A stretch of DNA of 64,000 nt from the NCBI GenBank assembly GCA_965603825.1, contig CBFDEM010000048.1:428918-492917 (forward strand). The letters are read 5' to 3'. Below, in pieces: positions 37,207 through 50,176 of this stretch (positions are counted from its first letter, which is position 1; the number at the start of each line of letters is the position of its first letter). The notes below the pieces were generated by a model. It did not search any database. It worked only from the letters and a program-made list of their open reading frames with translations, and was not told the DNA's origin. Source of the stretch: Blepharisma stoltei ATCC 30299. Lineage: Eukaryota > Protista > Ciliophora. The position numbers and the translations under genes were made by a program.

Positions 37207-38538
37207 AAACGCATTACTTTTGTAGACAATCACTTATGGTGCGCTTCTTGCAAGCCTGGGTTTTTGACAGCTAACTATGGTGGGTGCATTGAATCATCAC
37301 AGCCGAATTGCGAGATAGCTCAAAGTAGTACCTCTTGCGCTCTATGCTTGTCTGGATACTATGCTGATGATCAGTACACCTGCATTTCTTGTGGAGTTAA
37401 TCTTGTAGGCTGCGCCGCTTGCTCTGACTCATCTACCTGCCTAAAATGTTCACCAGGGTATTGGCTTAATTCCTTATCATGCTCTCCATGCAGTTCGATT
37501 TCTAATTGCCAAGCTTGTGATAGTGGTACAATGTGCACTAAATGCAAGGCTACTTATTTTCTTAATGAAAATAAAAGCTGTTCTTTTTCTACAATTGATA
37601 ATTGTGATTTTGTGATGAGCAATGATCCTAGCACTTGTCAACAGTGCTCAGCAGGGTATTTCTGGGATACTACTAAATGCAAGGCCTGCAGTGTCCCATT
37701 AAGGAATTGTGACACTTGCTCAAGCTCAACGACTTGTTCGCTTTGCAAAACAGGCTATTATTGAAATCTTAGTCAATGCTCTGCATGCAGAAATGCACTA
37801 AAGAATTGTCTAGAGTGCTCTTCAGACGGCACTTCATGCTCAAAATGCAAGAGTGGGTATTACCCTAATCATGAAAATAAATGCACTGGATCTGCACTCA
37901 ATTCTTGTGCTAAAGTTTCTAATGATAGGACTTGTATAGCTTGCCCAAGCAATAAAATTTTTGCCTGCACTAATGGCGGTGGTGCTTCACTTCCTAACTG
38001 CGCCGTTTCCTCTCCTGACAATTCAGCTTGTGTAAAATGCAAGCCTAATTATCAAAACAAAGGAGGAATCTGTTATGAAAGTAATTTTTATTTAGTGTGC
38101 TCTGAAAATTGTTCTGATTGCTCATTAAAAAATATATGCACTATTTGTGATTCAGGCTATTTCCTTTATGATAGCAACGGAAAAACAACCTGCATCTGTA
38201 ACTTTTATTTAGCTTGTACTGACTCGTGCACAGACTGTGAGCCAAATCCAAATTGTTTCTTGTGTGCTGACTTAGTTGTTCAAGATGAGAGCTGGTGTAG
38301 GATCGATCAAGTAGGCTACAAGATAAGTTTCAGCAATCCTTTTATCATTATTGATTTTGCTCACTCGAGTTCGAAAATATTAACACTTGCTAGTTTAGAA
38401 GCTTTCACTATTAGCAATCAAAATATAGCTACGACCAATTGGTTTATCAGTTCAAGATCAGATACTCAGTTGCAGATTCAGACTGATAATGTGAGAGAAG
38501 CAGATCTTCCAATTAATCTTAAAATCTCATATCGTTAA
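37207..38538 (+). pseudogene. 5'-truncated Cys-rich family gene (C-terminal half only)
   Basis: Begins abruptly at aaacgcattactt, aligning to the middle of the full-length paralogs; no leader or upstream element. Frame open with TGA=Trp; introns 38081-38095 and 38198-38212. Confidence 0.8.
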
Positions 38539-38953
38539 AACTTTTGATTAGTAAAATTAAAGCAAACCTCTCATTATAAGCATACAAAATCTGCTAAATT
38601 TTACGATAAGTATCCACTTTAAATTAGTGTATGAAATTGCAAATAGTGCAATAATTTAGACATATAATCTTAAATATGAAATAATAAATGAAAATTAAAG
38701 CAGCATTTTAATTTTTCAATTCCTGCTCAATTGTTGTGCCTAAAACTTTATTTTACAAAATACCTACTTTTTAGTTATTTTAAATAATAAAAATACATTT
38801 TAATTTAGTATTATTATTTTTTAAAAATAGTATCTATATTATATTTTAAATATTTTGGAATATCCTTGTTCTTTCATGTGCCAATTTTTTTATTTTTATA
38901 ATTTCATAATACCATAAAGTTCTCTAAAGCAAAAGAAGATGAAAGCTATTAAA

Positions 38954-39829
38954 TTAAAATAAATTACATGTGGACTTATTATTCTTGAACTCAATCAGCT
39001 CTTTTCTGTCTAAATTAAATTTGTAGTAATGTCTTGTCTTTTTGCGGTTCTTATATTCAATACATCCAATATAGATTCCTCTTTCATTATATGCCCAAAA
39101 CACATAAGAAGAGCAAAAGAAAATTATTGGGTTTCCTATTCTTTCTCAAACGTACTTATCTCCAACTCTGCTATCTTTCTTTTCAGTCATGCAAACTCAT
39201 AAGGAATTACTGAAAAAGAGTCAATATCAACTGAATAAAGCCAAATAGTTTTATTCCACACCCCAGAAATCAAAATATTCCTATTAAATGTTATCAAATT
39301 GCAATATCAATCAGGTTTTGGCATTGGTGCTAATTTAATTCATCGATTACTATTTAAATCGAATCTGCAAGATAAATTTAAAAGCCCTTGACCATTAGAC
39401 CCTCCAAAGCAATAGACGCTTTTGTTGAAGTATATAGCTGATGAATAGAAACAAGGAGTTCCAGATGGTAATTTATGAGCTTTATATTTACTATCAAATA
39501 TTAGTGTTGTCCCAAAAAGAGGATACATGCCAAAACAGAATAATTCAGAGTTTGGAAGTAGAGCAGTGCATGAAAATATGTCTAGGGCTTTGGAGTCTTC
39601 AATCTTTTCACCTCTTCTCTTTCACTTTTAGTGTCATAAATAAACAAATTAACTTTATGCTCATCTCGCTCAAGAAGGTAAAGAGAAGCAGATTGATGGG
39701 AAGCTGCAGCATATTCTTGGCCAGTGCTATTTAGTCCTGAGGAGTAATAGATACTTCGCTATGTTCGTTTGCATTATTTATAGCGATTTCAGAGAGACTT
39801 AATTGATAATTAAGCAAGCACTTTTTCAT
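38954..39829 (-). pseudogene. Kelch-like copy 2 (frameshift and internal deletion)
   Basis: Near-identical to 31820-32758, but with a 1-nt loss near 39585 (ctagggc versus ctaggggc) and a ~60-nt deletion near 39173. Confidence 0.8.
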
Positions 39830-39899
39830 GTTTTTTGAGTTTAATTAAGCTCTTTTTCAACTATAAAAATCTAAGCTATACTGCTGCTGATAAAGATTG

Positions 39900-40962
39900 T
39901 ATAAAGATCTAAGCTACACTACTGCTCATAAAGAAATTTTCTAATGTTCTATTATAAATTTTAAAATTTTCTATTAATTCGATTAAGCTTAAATTTGTAA
40001 AACTTAAAGAATCTCTGGAATATGCTTTTTAAAAACTTAGCAAATAAATTATATTATGCCTCCATATACTTGCGATGAAATTAATTAAGCATCTAATCAT
40101 CAAAGTCTATGCAATATTTAATCGCAAATAATATAAGCTATATTTTTTTTAGCTAGCCTTCTAGCCCTATTGCTATGGTAAAAAGGCGCATTATTAAATT
40201 TTCTAAAATTATTTGTATCTCTCGCGAGTAAATAGTCCTTCTTTCTATTATGGAAGTTCTTTAAAAAGGCAAAAATTCATCTAATTTCCTACCAAAATAA
40301 AAACTAATTATATTTGTATTTTTTGGTATTTCTAAGAAAGTTTTTCAAACCAATAAAGGCTTCATAATATTGCTTAAAACTCTTTAGAATTTTGGATTAA
40401 TTACTTTTATTCGAAATCTATAGCTGGCTCTTAAATAGCAACAGTGAATATGTTAGAACTTAATTTCTTTATTAAAAGGGTTTTTATTCCAACAGATGAA
40501 TTTTTTGTAAGTAATAAGATGCATGGTTTTTAAAGATATTTTAATTCCAATAACGTTTTGACTTTAAAAAATTTTCCTTTAATTCTAAGAATTTTTCAAA
40601 TAAAATTTATTTCGGTAATTAAGGCCAAAATTCACTAAAATATGTCTTTGCAATCTATTGTAATAAAAATTATAATGGAGATTCTTTAGAAATTTTCGAA
40701 GAAATTGCTTAATGATTGGCAAAAATCAAGTTGTAGCACTTATTTTAGGATTCTTTCAAGCTTAAAAGAATTTAAATTTTTAATATTCCAAAAAAAAATT
40801 TAAATTCATGGAGTTGCTAGGTTAACCTAATTGTGTTTCTTTGTAAGCATAATAGCAGAAACAATAAAAATTTTCATAATAAACCTCAAAAAAATTTAAT
40901 TTATACAAAACTAATTGTATATATGTTGACATTTTTACTAATGCTTTTTGTTCCTAATAAAC
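39900..40962 (+). repeat. Conserved AT-rich upstream element of the Cys-rich genes (longest copy)
   Basis: Shared blocks such as ttagaattttggattaatt, gaaatctatagctgg, aggccaaaattca and tttttactaatgctttttg recur at ~44030-44540, 49600-50176, 54810-55438, 58690-59639, and inverted at 61650-62400. Confidence 0.8.
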
Positions 40963-43812
40963 ATGTTGGTTAGTTTTATCTATCTTCTCGTCCTTACCCT
41001 TTTAACCTCATCAACAAGAGAAATCAGCCCAGATATCAAAGCTAGCTCAAAAAGCACTAAAATTGACTCCAAACAGCTCCTGCAAGATCTTAACCTCCCT
41101 AATCAACTTTTTCAAGACGCCATGAATTCTCGAAAACTCAAAGAAAACGCAACCAGTGATACTTCAGGAAGCAGATATAAGAGACAACTATATAGCTGGT
41201 GCGTAGATGGCGAAGATCGCTGCCTAAAATGTGATGCGTCTAAGACCTACTGCAGCGTTTGCATAAATGCTGGTGATTTGCCTAACGTTTATGGTGGGTG
41301 CAGCGCTAGTAGTCCACCTTACTGCACTATTGTTGGCGAAAATAGTGATTGTGCTGTGTGCTCTGCTAATCACTATTTAGACTGTGCACCATGCAGTGAT
41401 TTTTTGGAACATTGTAAGGAATGCTACAGTATTGATTATTGCGTTGAATGTGTAGACGGGTATTATGAGAACAGCAATAAATGCTCTTCCTGCAGTTCTA
41501 AATACTTAAACTGTAAAACTTGTAACCCAACTGAATGCTCAAAGTGCAATAGCGGCTTTGCTCTTGATAGTGATAAGAAATGTGTCACATGGCCAACACC
41601 AAACTGCATTTATGTTGTGAATGGAATCTGTAAAAAGTGTGAGGACGTGTATTACCCTAATTCCAATTCTTGTCTCTCATGTAGCGCCTTTCCAAATTGC
41701 AAAACATGTAATAGCTCCTACTGTTTGCAATGTTTGACTGGCTTCTTTCAGAATGGCTCTTCATCCTGTGCTTCATGCAGCAGCAAAATTGCGTATTGTT
41801 TAGTTTGTGATTGAGCTTCATTTTGCACACAATGTGACTCAACACATTTTGTTACAGATATAGGCAAATGTGCTAATTCAGGACCTGATAATTGTAGGGT
41901 TGTTTATGACAGTGACTTGTCTAGGTGCAGTCAATGCTTAGAAGGCTACAATTGGGACCAGAACCAAAAAATCTGTAAAGCCTGCGGTGATATAATGTTG
42001 CATTGTGCTGAGTGTAAAGTAGGAAATATAGAGGATTTCAAATGTGAAAAATGTGATACAGGTTACATTTTAGATCCTAATGAGGTTTGCATTAAATCTC
42101 CTTTAATAAATTGCAAGGGAGGCTTAGATGCTTACCATTGTAATAAATGCTTTAATTTTAACGCTGGGGTGTGTATTTCTGCTGGAAATCCAATTGCCAA
42201 CTGTAAAATGGCAAGTGTTGATAGCTCTTATTGTGTAGACTGCGTTTTGGGTTATTCTCATACTGAAGAGGGTCTTTGCGAATGTAGTGCCAAAGACTGC
42301 ACTACATGTAATACAGATGATGGAAGCATTTGTGATACGTGCATTGATAACCACTATGGAGACTGCGTAGCATGCAGCACGAAAATACCTAATTGCGACA
42401 CTTGCATAGGCGGGATTTGTACAAAATGCAGTCCAGGGTATTATTTGTATAATTCTCAGTGTCATTTATGTACTGACTTTGACGTAAACTGCATTACTTG
42501 TATAGATAATGACCATTTCTGTGATTCTTGCAAGCCTGGATTTTTGCCATCCTTCGAGGGTTTATGCGTGGAATCATCAAAACAAACTTGCAAGATTGAA
42601 GGCATGTATGGCGTATGCTTTAAATGCTTGTCTGGATACTATCTTAATAATCAGGGGACCTGCTCTTCTTGCGGAGCTATTAGTGTAGGCTGCAGCACTT
42701 GTTCTAAAACTGCCTGCCTGGAATGCTCATCAGGGTATTGGCTTAATTCCAATTCATGCCTTCCATGCACCTCGATTTCTAACTGTCAAACTTGTATAAA
42801 TGCCACTGAGTGCACGAAATGTGAAGCTACGTATCTTCTTAATGAAAATAAAAAATGTACTTCTTCGACAATTAGGAATTGTGATGTTGTGATGAGCAAT
42901 AATCCTAGCACTTGCCAGCAGTGCTCAACAGGGTATTTCTGGGATACTACTGAATGCAAAGTCTGCAGTGTCCCATTGCCGAATTGTGACACTTGTTCAA
43001 GCTCAACGACTTGTTCGCTCTGCAAAACAGGCTATTATCTAGATTCTAACCGATGCCTTGCATGTAGGAATGCACTAAATTATTGTCTAGAGTGCTCTTC
43101 AGACTGCAGCTCATGCTTAAAATGTGATACCGGGTATTACCCTAATCATGCAAATAAATGCATTAGATCTGCTCTCAATTCCTGTGCTAAAGTTTCTGAT
43201 GATGGGATGTGTATAACTTGCCCAAGCGATAAGATATTTGCCTGCACCAATGGCGGTACTTCACTTCCCAATTGCGATATGTCCTCTTCTGATAGCTCAG
43301 TTTGTGTGAAATGCAAGCCTTTCTATGAAAGCCAAGGAGGAACTTGCGTTAAAAGTAACTTTTATTTAGTATGTCCTCAAAATTGTTCTGATTGCTCATC
43401 AAAAAATATATGCACTATTTGTGATTCAGGCTACTTTCTTTATGATAGCAACGGAAAAACAACCTGTATCTGTAACTTTTATTTAGCTTGTGTTGACTCG
43501 TGCACAGACTGTGAGCCAAATCCAAATTGTTTCATATGTGCTAGCTTAGTCGTTCAAGATGGGAGCACTTGCAGAGTCGATTCAGTCGGGTACGAGATAA
43601 GTTTCAGCGATCCTTTTATCATTATTGATTTTGCTCACTCGAGTTCAAAAATATTAACACTTGCTAGTTTAGAAGCTTTCACTATTAGCAATCAAAATAT
43701 AGCTACGACCAATTGGTTTATCAGTTCAAGATCAGATAGTCAGTTGCAGATTCAGACTGATAATGTGAGAGAATCAGATCTTCCAATTAATCTTAAAATC
43801 TCACTTCGTTAA
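40963..43812 (+). CDS. Secreted Cys-rich (CxxC/furin-like repeat) prepro-protein, intact copy A (~939 aa)
   Basis: Signal peptide MLVSFIYLLVLTLLTSS, pro-region ending RYKR, CxxC...CxxGY repeats and a Cys-poor C-terminal domain. One TGA; probable introns 43355-43369 and 43472-43486. Confidence 0.85.
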
Positions 43813-44029
43813 AACTTTTGATTAGTAAAATTAAAGCAAACCTCTCATTATAAGCATACAAAATCTGCTAAGTTTATGATAAGTATCCACTTAAATTAAT
43901 ATGAAATTGAAATATATCAATAATTTAGATATATAGTCTTAAATACAACATAATAAATGAGAATTAAAACAGCATTTTAATTTTTCAATTCTATGCCCAA
44001 TTATTATGCTAAAACTTTTTATTTTGCAA

Positions 44030-44540
44030 AATATAAGCTAAATTCTTTTGACTAGCCTTCTATCCCATTGCTAGAATAAAAAGATGAATTATTAAAATTT
44101 TCCTAAAATTATCTTTATCTCTCATGAGTGTCTATTCCTTCCTTCTATTATGGAAGTTCTTTGAAAAAGTCAAAAACTCTTCCAATCTTCTACCAAAATT
44201 AAAAACCTGATTATATATCTGCCTTATTTAATATATCTAAGAAAATTTTTAAAAGCCAATAGATACTTCAAAATATTGCTTAAAACATCTTTAGAATTTT
44301 GGATTAATTAATTTTAATTGAAATCTATAGCTGGCTCTTAAGTAGCATTGCTTAAAAGTGAATATATTAAAATTTAATTTTAGTTTATAGATTTTTTTTT
44401 GTAAGTGATAAATTTTTTATAAGTAAAAGACGTATGAATTTTAAAGATATTTCAATTCCAAGTAATTTTTTGACTTCAAAAAATCAATTAATCCTAATAC
44501 TTTTTGACTAAATATTATTAATTGAGGCCAAAATTCATAT
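44030..44540 (+). repeat. Orphan partial copy of the Cys-rich upstream element
   Basis: Matches ~40130-40633, stops after aggccaaaattca, and is not followed by a gene. Confidence 0.7.
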
Positions 44541-44702
44541 ATATAGTAAATTTCTATTGGCCATCAAGGTCATCTTAAAAAACTGGTGTTTTGCTGTCTA
44601 GCTTAAATTGTATAGCTTGAATTTGTATCTATAACTAATTATATCGATAGCATAAAAAGATTGTGGTAAAATCAATATTTTTCAATAAAATTAAATAAAT
44701 AA

Positions 44703-47700
44703 TTAAGTTATATTTCTATTTTTGTTCATTTCTTCACATTTTAATAACCCCATTAATTTTTGAATCCCCCAATCTTGTCTTAGCAATTCAATTTTTCTTT
44801 CCATTTCTGGATTTAAAGCATCAACTTTTTCTTCCAATTCTGCAATTTTTCATTTAAACTTCTTCCTAAATCTTCACCAATATTTTTTAATTCTTCGCTC
44901 ATATTTTTCTTTATACCCAAAACTTCGTCTTTATATCCATCTATTTTAAATGAAATTTCTTTAATTTTGCCTTGCCATTTATCCGACACATTAGTATCTT
45001 GAAAAATATCGCATCTCTGTAGATATAATAATTTTCCTTTTGATCTTAATTTTGCAAGCTCTGACCTCTTCCAAAACATAATAGATTCAAATTCAATGAC
45101 TAATTGTAGCATTTTTTTGAATTTAATTCGTCAGCAATCACTTGGAATCTATCAAAAGTATCCCCTAATGTTGATACTAGCAAATTAAGCATCATAACTA
45201 CATTAATTAAAGAAGCCAAGGTAAAGCATGAGTATTGGAAGAAAGAAATTTTTTCGTTATCAAAATTGCCCATATTAAGCTCATAAGTCATTGCCCAAAC
45301 TTCACCTATTATCAAGAGAAGCATAGAGAACTCCAAATGCAAGGGTGGAATACAGAAAAATGACTAAAAGTGCAAAAGAATCTGTGAGTGCCATTAAAAT
45401 CAGCCTGACATAAAATCTTGTAAAATCAAAAGCACGGAAATATGTCAAGCCTCTGAAAAAATTAAATAAAATCATTGCAAAAGCTAACCCTTTTACATTT
45501 TCGTGACAAACCTCAAAAATCGCCCATAAAATCGATAATATTAAACGAAGCAAATCAATAAAATTTCATACATCAGAAATATAATCTGCAGGTTTAGTAA
45601 TAGAGAGCAAGAATTCCGTTTAGTACCATAAAATGTGTCAATATATAAATGCTAGGATCAAAGATATATCATATCATAGTGATAAGATTAAGCCAATATA
45701 TAACTGAAAACGTAATTATTGCTGGCCATAAGTAATCCCATTTTTCTCTTATAAGGGACTGTATAAATAAAGTTTGAAAAATTCCTTGAGTTTCGCACTC
45801 ATTCATTTTCTTTAAAAGCTGCAAGCTTTCTTCAGACCCTGCTGTATAATTGTAGCCTAACGGACTTCCCCAAAACTGAACAAGGATCATATTTTGCTTT
45901 GCAGAATCTTTTTCAGTTCCATTTTCCCTAGTAAAAGCAGCTGTATAAATTTTAGAGACAGGAGAAAAAATGGTCATAGGCAATTCTTCTCTAATTTCAT
46001 AGAAGCCAATAATGTCTTTATCAGCTCTTCTCACAAATAAAAATTCCAAAAAGGGAACCAAATATAGAGACTTTGTATTAAACAGCAATGGCACGTCATC
46101 ACGTATCTGATGAATACAATGAGACAATTTATAATCATCTTCTAAATTTATAATATAGTTAAGGATTTGATCAATACATCTTCTTGAGCTTTTAATAAGT
46201 GCGTATGATAATGGGCTCATACCCTGTTGATCTCTAAATATAATAGCTCCATCATTTAATGCAATTGATAAAAAATCTGCACTGTCATTTGTGCATAAGG
46301 TATGCAAAATATTATATCCAATAGGATATATAGAAATTGCCCGAGGATGGCGCTATCTTGCGCCATCCTCGGGCAATTATTATACAATCACTTCAAGGAA
46401 ATTTTTATCTCATAGCTCTTTGGTTGGCTTTTTAATCCAATTGAAAAATTGTTGTCTATATATTTTATCATAATTGCCAGGAATTAAATAAGGAATAGAG
46501 TCAATTCTGTTATTATGCAAATAATTTTCTATATAGCGAAATTCAGTGGTTTTTTTACTTTGAGCAACAATGAATTTTAAATTTTGCGTTATGTCATATA
46601 TCATGAGAGAGCATCATTGTTACCATAAAGTTTTTCTCTTCGCGATTCCATATCTTCACGCAGTCGTTTGCATTTAAAATTGCTATATATTTATTGTCTC
46701 TTGTTATATCTAAGCTAACTATGCTGTAGCCATCATTAATCTTAATGGTTTCAATATCTTTTAGTTGGATTAGATTCCATGTCCTTATTTCATCAAGCAG
46801 AGAAAAAATAAGAAATCTTTCGTCTTCGCTAGAAATAGGACTTGAATTGCCATCAATAGTGGTAATTTTTCTTTTTTCATTAATACTGATATTTTCTATT
46901 ACAAACCAAAAAACAATTGTTGTCAATTAATTTCAAAAATTTTACTTTTTTTTCCATATGGATACTTTGCATTAGTGTTTTCTCTGGAAAGCTCCAAAAC
47001 TCCACATTTTGGTTCCTATCTAGTGAAATGATATACCCATTTGTTTTATTAATTTACAAAAATTCAATGGTATTTTTATACTCATTATCTTCGCCTTGTC
47101 CCTCTATATTTTCATAATCTTCTTCTTTTTCTTCTATAGCACCAATTTTACAATTCTTCTGAATATCAAAGCATTGTATTGGCCCATAGTAATTGCTAGC
47201 TGCAATGAAGTTGCTATCTTTACTTAAAGAAATTCCAATATTCTGATCTGGAAATGTTCTAACTAATTTCATATCTTGAAACGAATAGACATAAATAGCA
47301 TTTCTATATATATTCCCAAAAATAAAATATTTATCATTATAAGAAATTTTTACGTCACGAGCGCCAGTATATTCATCAAGTGAAAAAGCAAATTGATTTT
47401 CAATAAAGCTTCATACTTTAAATAACAAATGATTAAATAGTACTGCATATTTCCCATCCCTAGTCAATCTTAAGCCTTTTTTAATGGACCCTTTTCTTCA
47501 TCCTCAAATTCATCATAGCTCTCACAAGAAACTATATAATCTTCTTCTGCTTGTTTTTTTTCTTTATAAATTTAGTAGATTTTAATTTTTCCGTTTTCAT
47601 GTATGATGGCTAAATAATCTTCTTGATTAACAGTAAGCATCTTTATAACTTTGCATTCAATTCCCTCCAGAGTGGTTATAGGAACTCCTTTATTTAAGTT

Positions 47701-48021
47701 AAAAATTGTAATAGAGCCATTTTTGTGTCCACAGTAGACTAAATTGTTTTGTTTTGAGACAGCAGTAGCTGCTGCTGGATCCTTCAATTCTGATGAATTA
47801 TTATTGTCAATATCATAAGTTCTTATAGTACCTTCATCACAATCAGCAAATACGAATAGATTTCCTTGAGTAAATTCCAAAAGCAGGCTACCTCCTTCCT
47901 TTGAATTTTTTATATGTCTGATACCCTGTCTTGCATTGATATCTCATATATCAATTGCTCAACCACTAGACACAGTGACAATGTATTTACTGTCATAAGT
48001 AATCTCAATTTGCAAAACATA
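44703..48021 (-). pseudogene. 5'-truncated, multiply frameshifted copy of the WD40-TRP gene
   Basis: Highly similar to 32979-36302, with small deletions, frameshifts, stops and a 54-bp insertion. Confidence 0.88.
46327..46384. mobile_element. 54-bp palindromic insertion with TATA duplication (IES-like or mini-MITE)
   Basis: Absent at the paralogous site (ggatatacaatt, ~34609-34620). Perfect 19-bp inverted repeat at 46335-46353 and 46360-46378, 6-nt loop, TATA at 46327-46330 and 46381-46384. Confidence 0.75.
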
Positions 48022-48491
48022 GCATCCACTAATAAGATAAAATGCAAAATATTTTTAAAATAATTTTGTTTTTTTAAGTGTTAAAGTAATTGCATAATAT
48101 AAGTAGATCTTATTTTTAAGTTTTGAACAATAATTGATGAATAATCATTGCAGCTTTAGTGTTTCTCTCTAAGTCTTATATTTGGATAAATAAATTTTAT
48201 CATAATAGCTTTTAAAGTTAAATTTATGCGAGAATAGACTTTCTATAAGGCAAAATTGGAATTCAAAAATGAATTAGATTATTAAGCTGTTAGAAGAAAT
48301 GAAGCATAATTTTAATTATTTATTTAATATTGATTTCACCACAATATTTTACATGCTATCGATATAATTACTTCTAGATGCAAATAAAAGTGAATATTTT
48401 ACCGTTTATATCGAATTATTTTAGTTTTTCGCTTCTCTTTCATAATATTTTGACAAATATTCTTATCTTAATTTTATAAGAATCTAAAGTT

Positions 48492-49410
48492 TTAAAGAAG
48501 TAAAAGATTAAAATTAATTGGAAGATCCGATTCTCTAACATTATCAGTCTGAATCTGCAACTGAGTATCTGATCTTGAACTGATAAGCCATTTGGTCGTA
48601 GCTATATTTTGATTGTTATTGGTGAAAGCTTCTATACTAGAAATTTAGAATATTTTCGAACTGGAGTGAGCCAAATCAAAAATAATAAAACGATCGCTGA
48701 AACTTAGCTTGTACCCGGCTGGATAGACTCTGCAAGCATCCCCATCATGAACGACGAAGTTAGCAAACTTGAAACAATTTGGATTTGGCTCACAGTCTAT
48801 GCACGAGTCAACACAAGCTAAATAAAAGTTACAGATACAAGCTATTTCTCCGTTGCTATCATTAGGAAATACCCAGAAGTACAAATAGTGCATATATTTT
48901 TTGATGAGCAATCAGAACAATTTTGAGGACACACTAAATAAAAGTTACCTTTAAAACAAGTTCCATCATGGTTTTCGTAAGGAGACTTGCATTTTACACA
49001 AACTGAGCTGTCAGAAGAGGACATATCACAGTTTGGAAGTGAAGCACCACCAGAAGTGGTACAGGTAAATATTTTATTGCTTGGGCAACGATACAAGCCC
49101 CACTATCAGAAACTTTAGCGCAGGAATCGACGGCAGATCTCGTGCATTTGTTTAAATGATTAGGAAAATACCCGCTATCACATTTAAGCATGAGCTACCA
49201 CTAGACCACTCTAAACAATGGTTTGATGTATTAATGCATGGAAGGCATCAGCTAGAATTCAAATAATACTCTTTTTTGCAAAGTGAGCAAACCGTTACAC
49301 TTGAGCAAGTGTTGCAATTCAGCAATGGGACACTGAAGGCCTTATATTTAATAGAGTCCCAATAATATATCCATTTTAGCACTGTTTACAACTGTTAAGA
49401 TCATTGCTAT
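48492..49410 (-). pseudogene. Inverted, degenerate 3' fragment of a Cys-rich family gene
   Basis: Minus strand reads CDSGYFPNH...CAKVSD, CKSPYENHDGTCF and CEPNPNCF through to DLPINFNLLL*, with frameshifts. Confidence 0.8.
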
Positions 49411-50176
49411 ATAAAATGGCGGTTTCACATGTCCTAATTTTGGGATGTGCTTATTAGAATTAACATAAACCAACAATTTTCCAAATAGCATATAATGCTT
49501 TGGAAGCATTTCTAGGTGGGCTTGATCATATAATGCATCAAATGTTAAAGAAATATTAATTTTTGTCCTCTTATAACTTCAGGATTTAATAAGAATAATT
49601 TTTCAAAACCAATAGAGACTTCAAAATGCTGCACAAAACGTTTCATTAGAATTTTGGATTAATTACTTTTATTTGAAATCTATAGCTGGTTCTTAAATAG
49701 AAGCAAGTGAATATGTTAAATTTTAATTTTACTTTATAAAAGGGGTTTTTTATTCCAACAGATGAATTTTTTGAAGCAATTAAAGATATTTCAATTCCAA
49801 TAAGAAGTTTCGAATAAAATTTATCTGAGCAATTATGGCCAAAATTCACCAAAATATGTCCTTGCCAGGTATTGCAATAAAAATTATAATGGAGATTCTT
49901 TAGAAATTTTCGAAGAGGTTGCTTAAATGATTGGCAAAAATCAAGTTCTAGCACTAATTTTAGGACTCTTTCAAGCTGGAAAAGTTTAAATTTTTAATAT
50001 TCCCAAAAAGAAATTAAATTCATGAAGATACTAGGCCAGCCTAAACGTGCTTCTTTTGTAAGCATAATAACAGAAACGATAAAAATTTCATAATAAGCTT
50101 CAAAAAAATTTAATTTATACCGAACTAATTGTATATATGTTGACATTTTTACTAATGCTTTTTGTTCCTAATAAAT

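Noticed and set aside
39861-39940. Two imperfect ~39-bp tandem units
   Set aside because: Only two degenerate copies with no spacers; a local duplication, not a CRISPR or functional array.
49646-49954. 102-aa minus-strand ORF in the upstream element (also 55144-55365 and 61919-62122)
   Set aside because: The frame is not preserved among copies of the element; these look like chance AT-rich ORFs.
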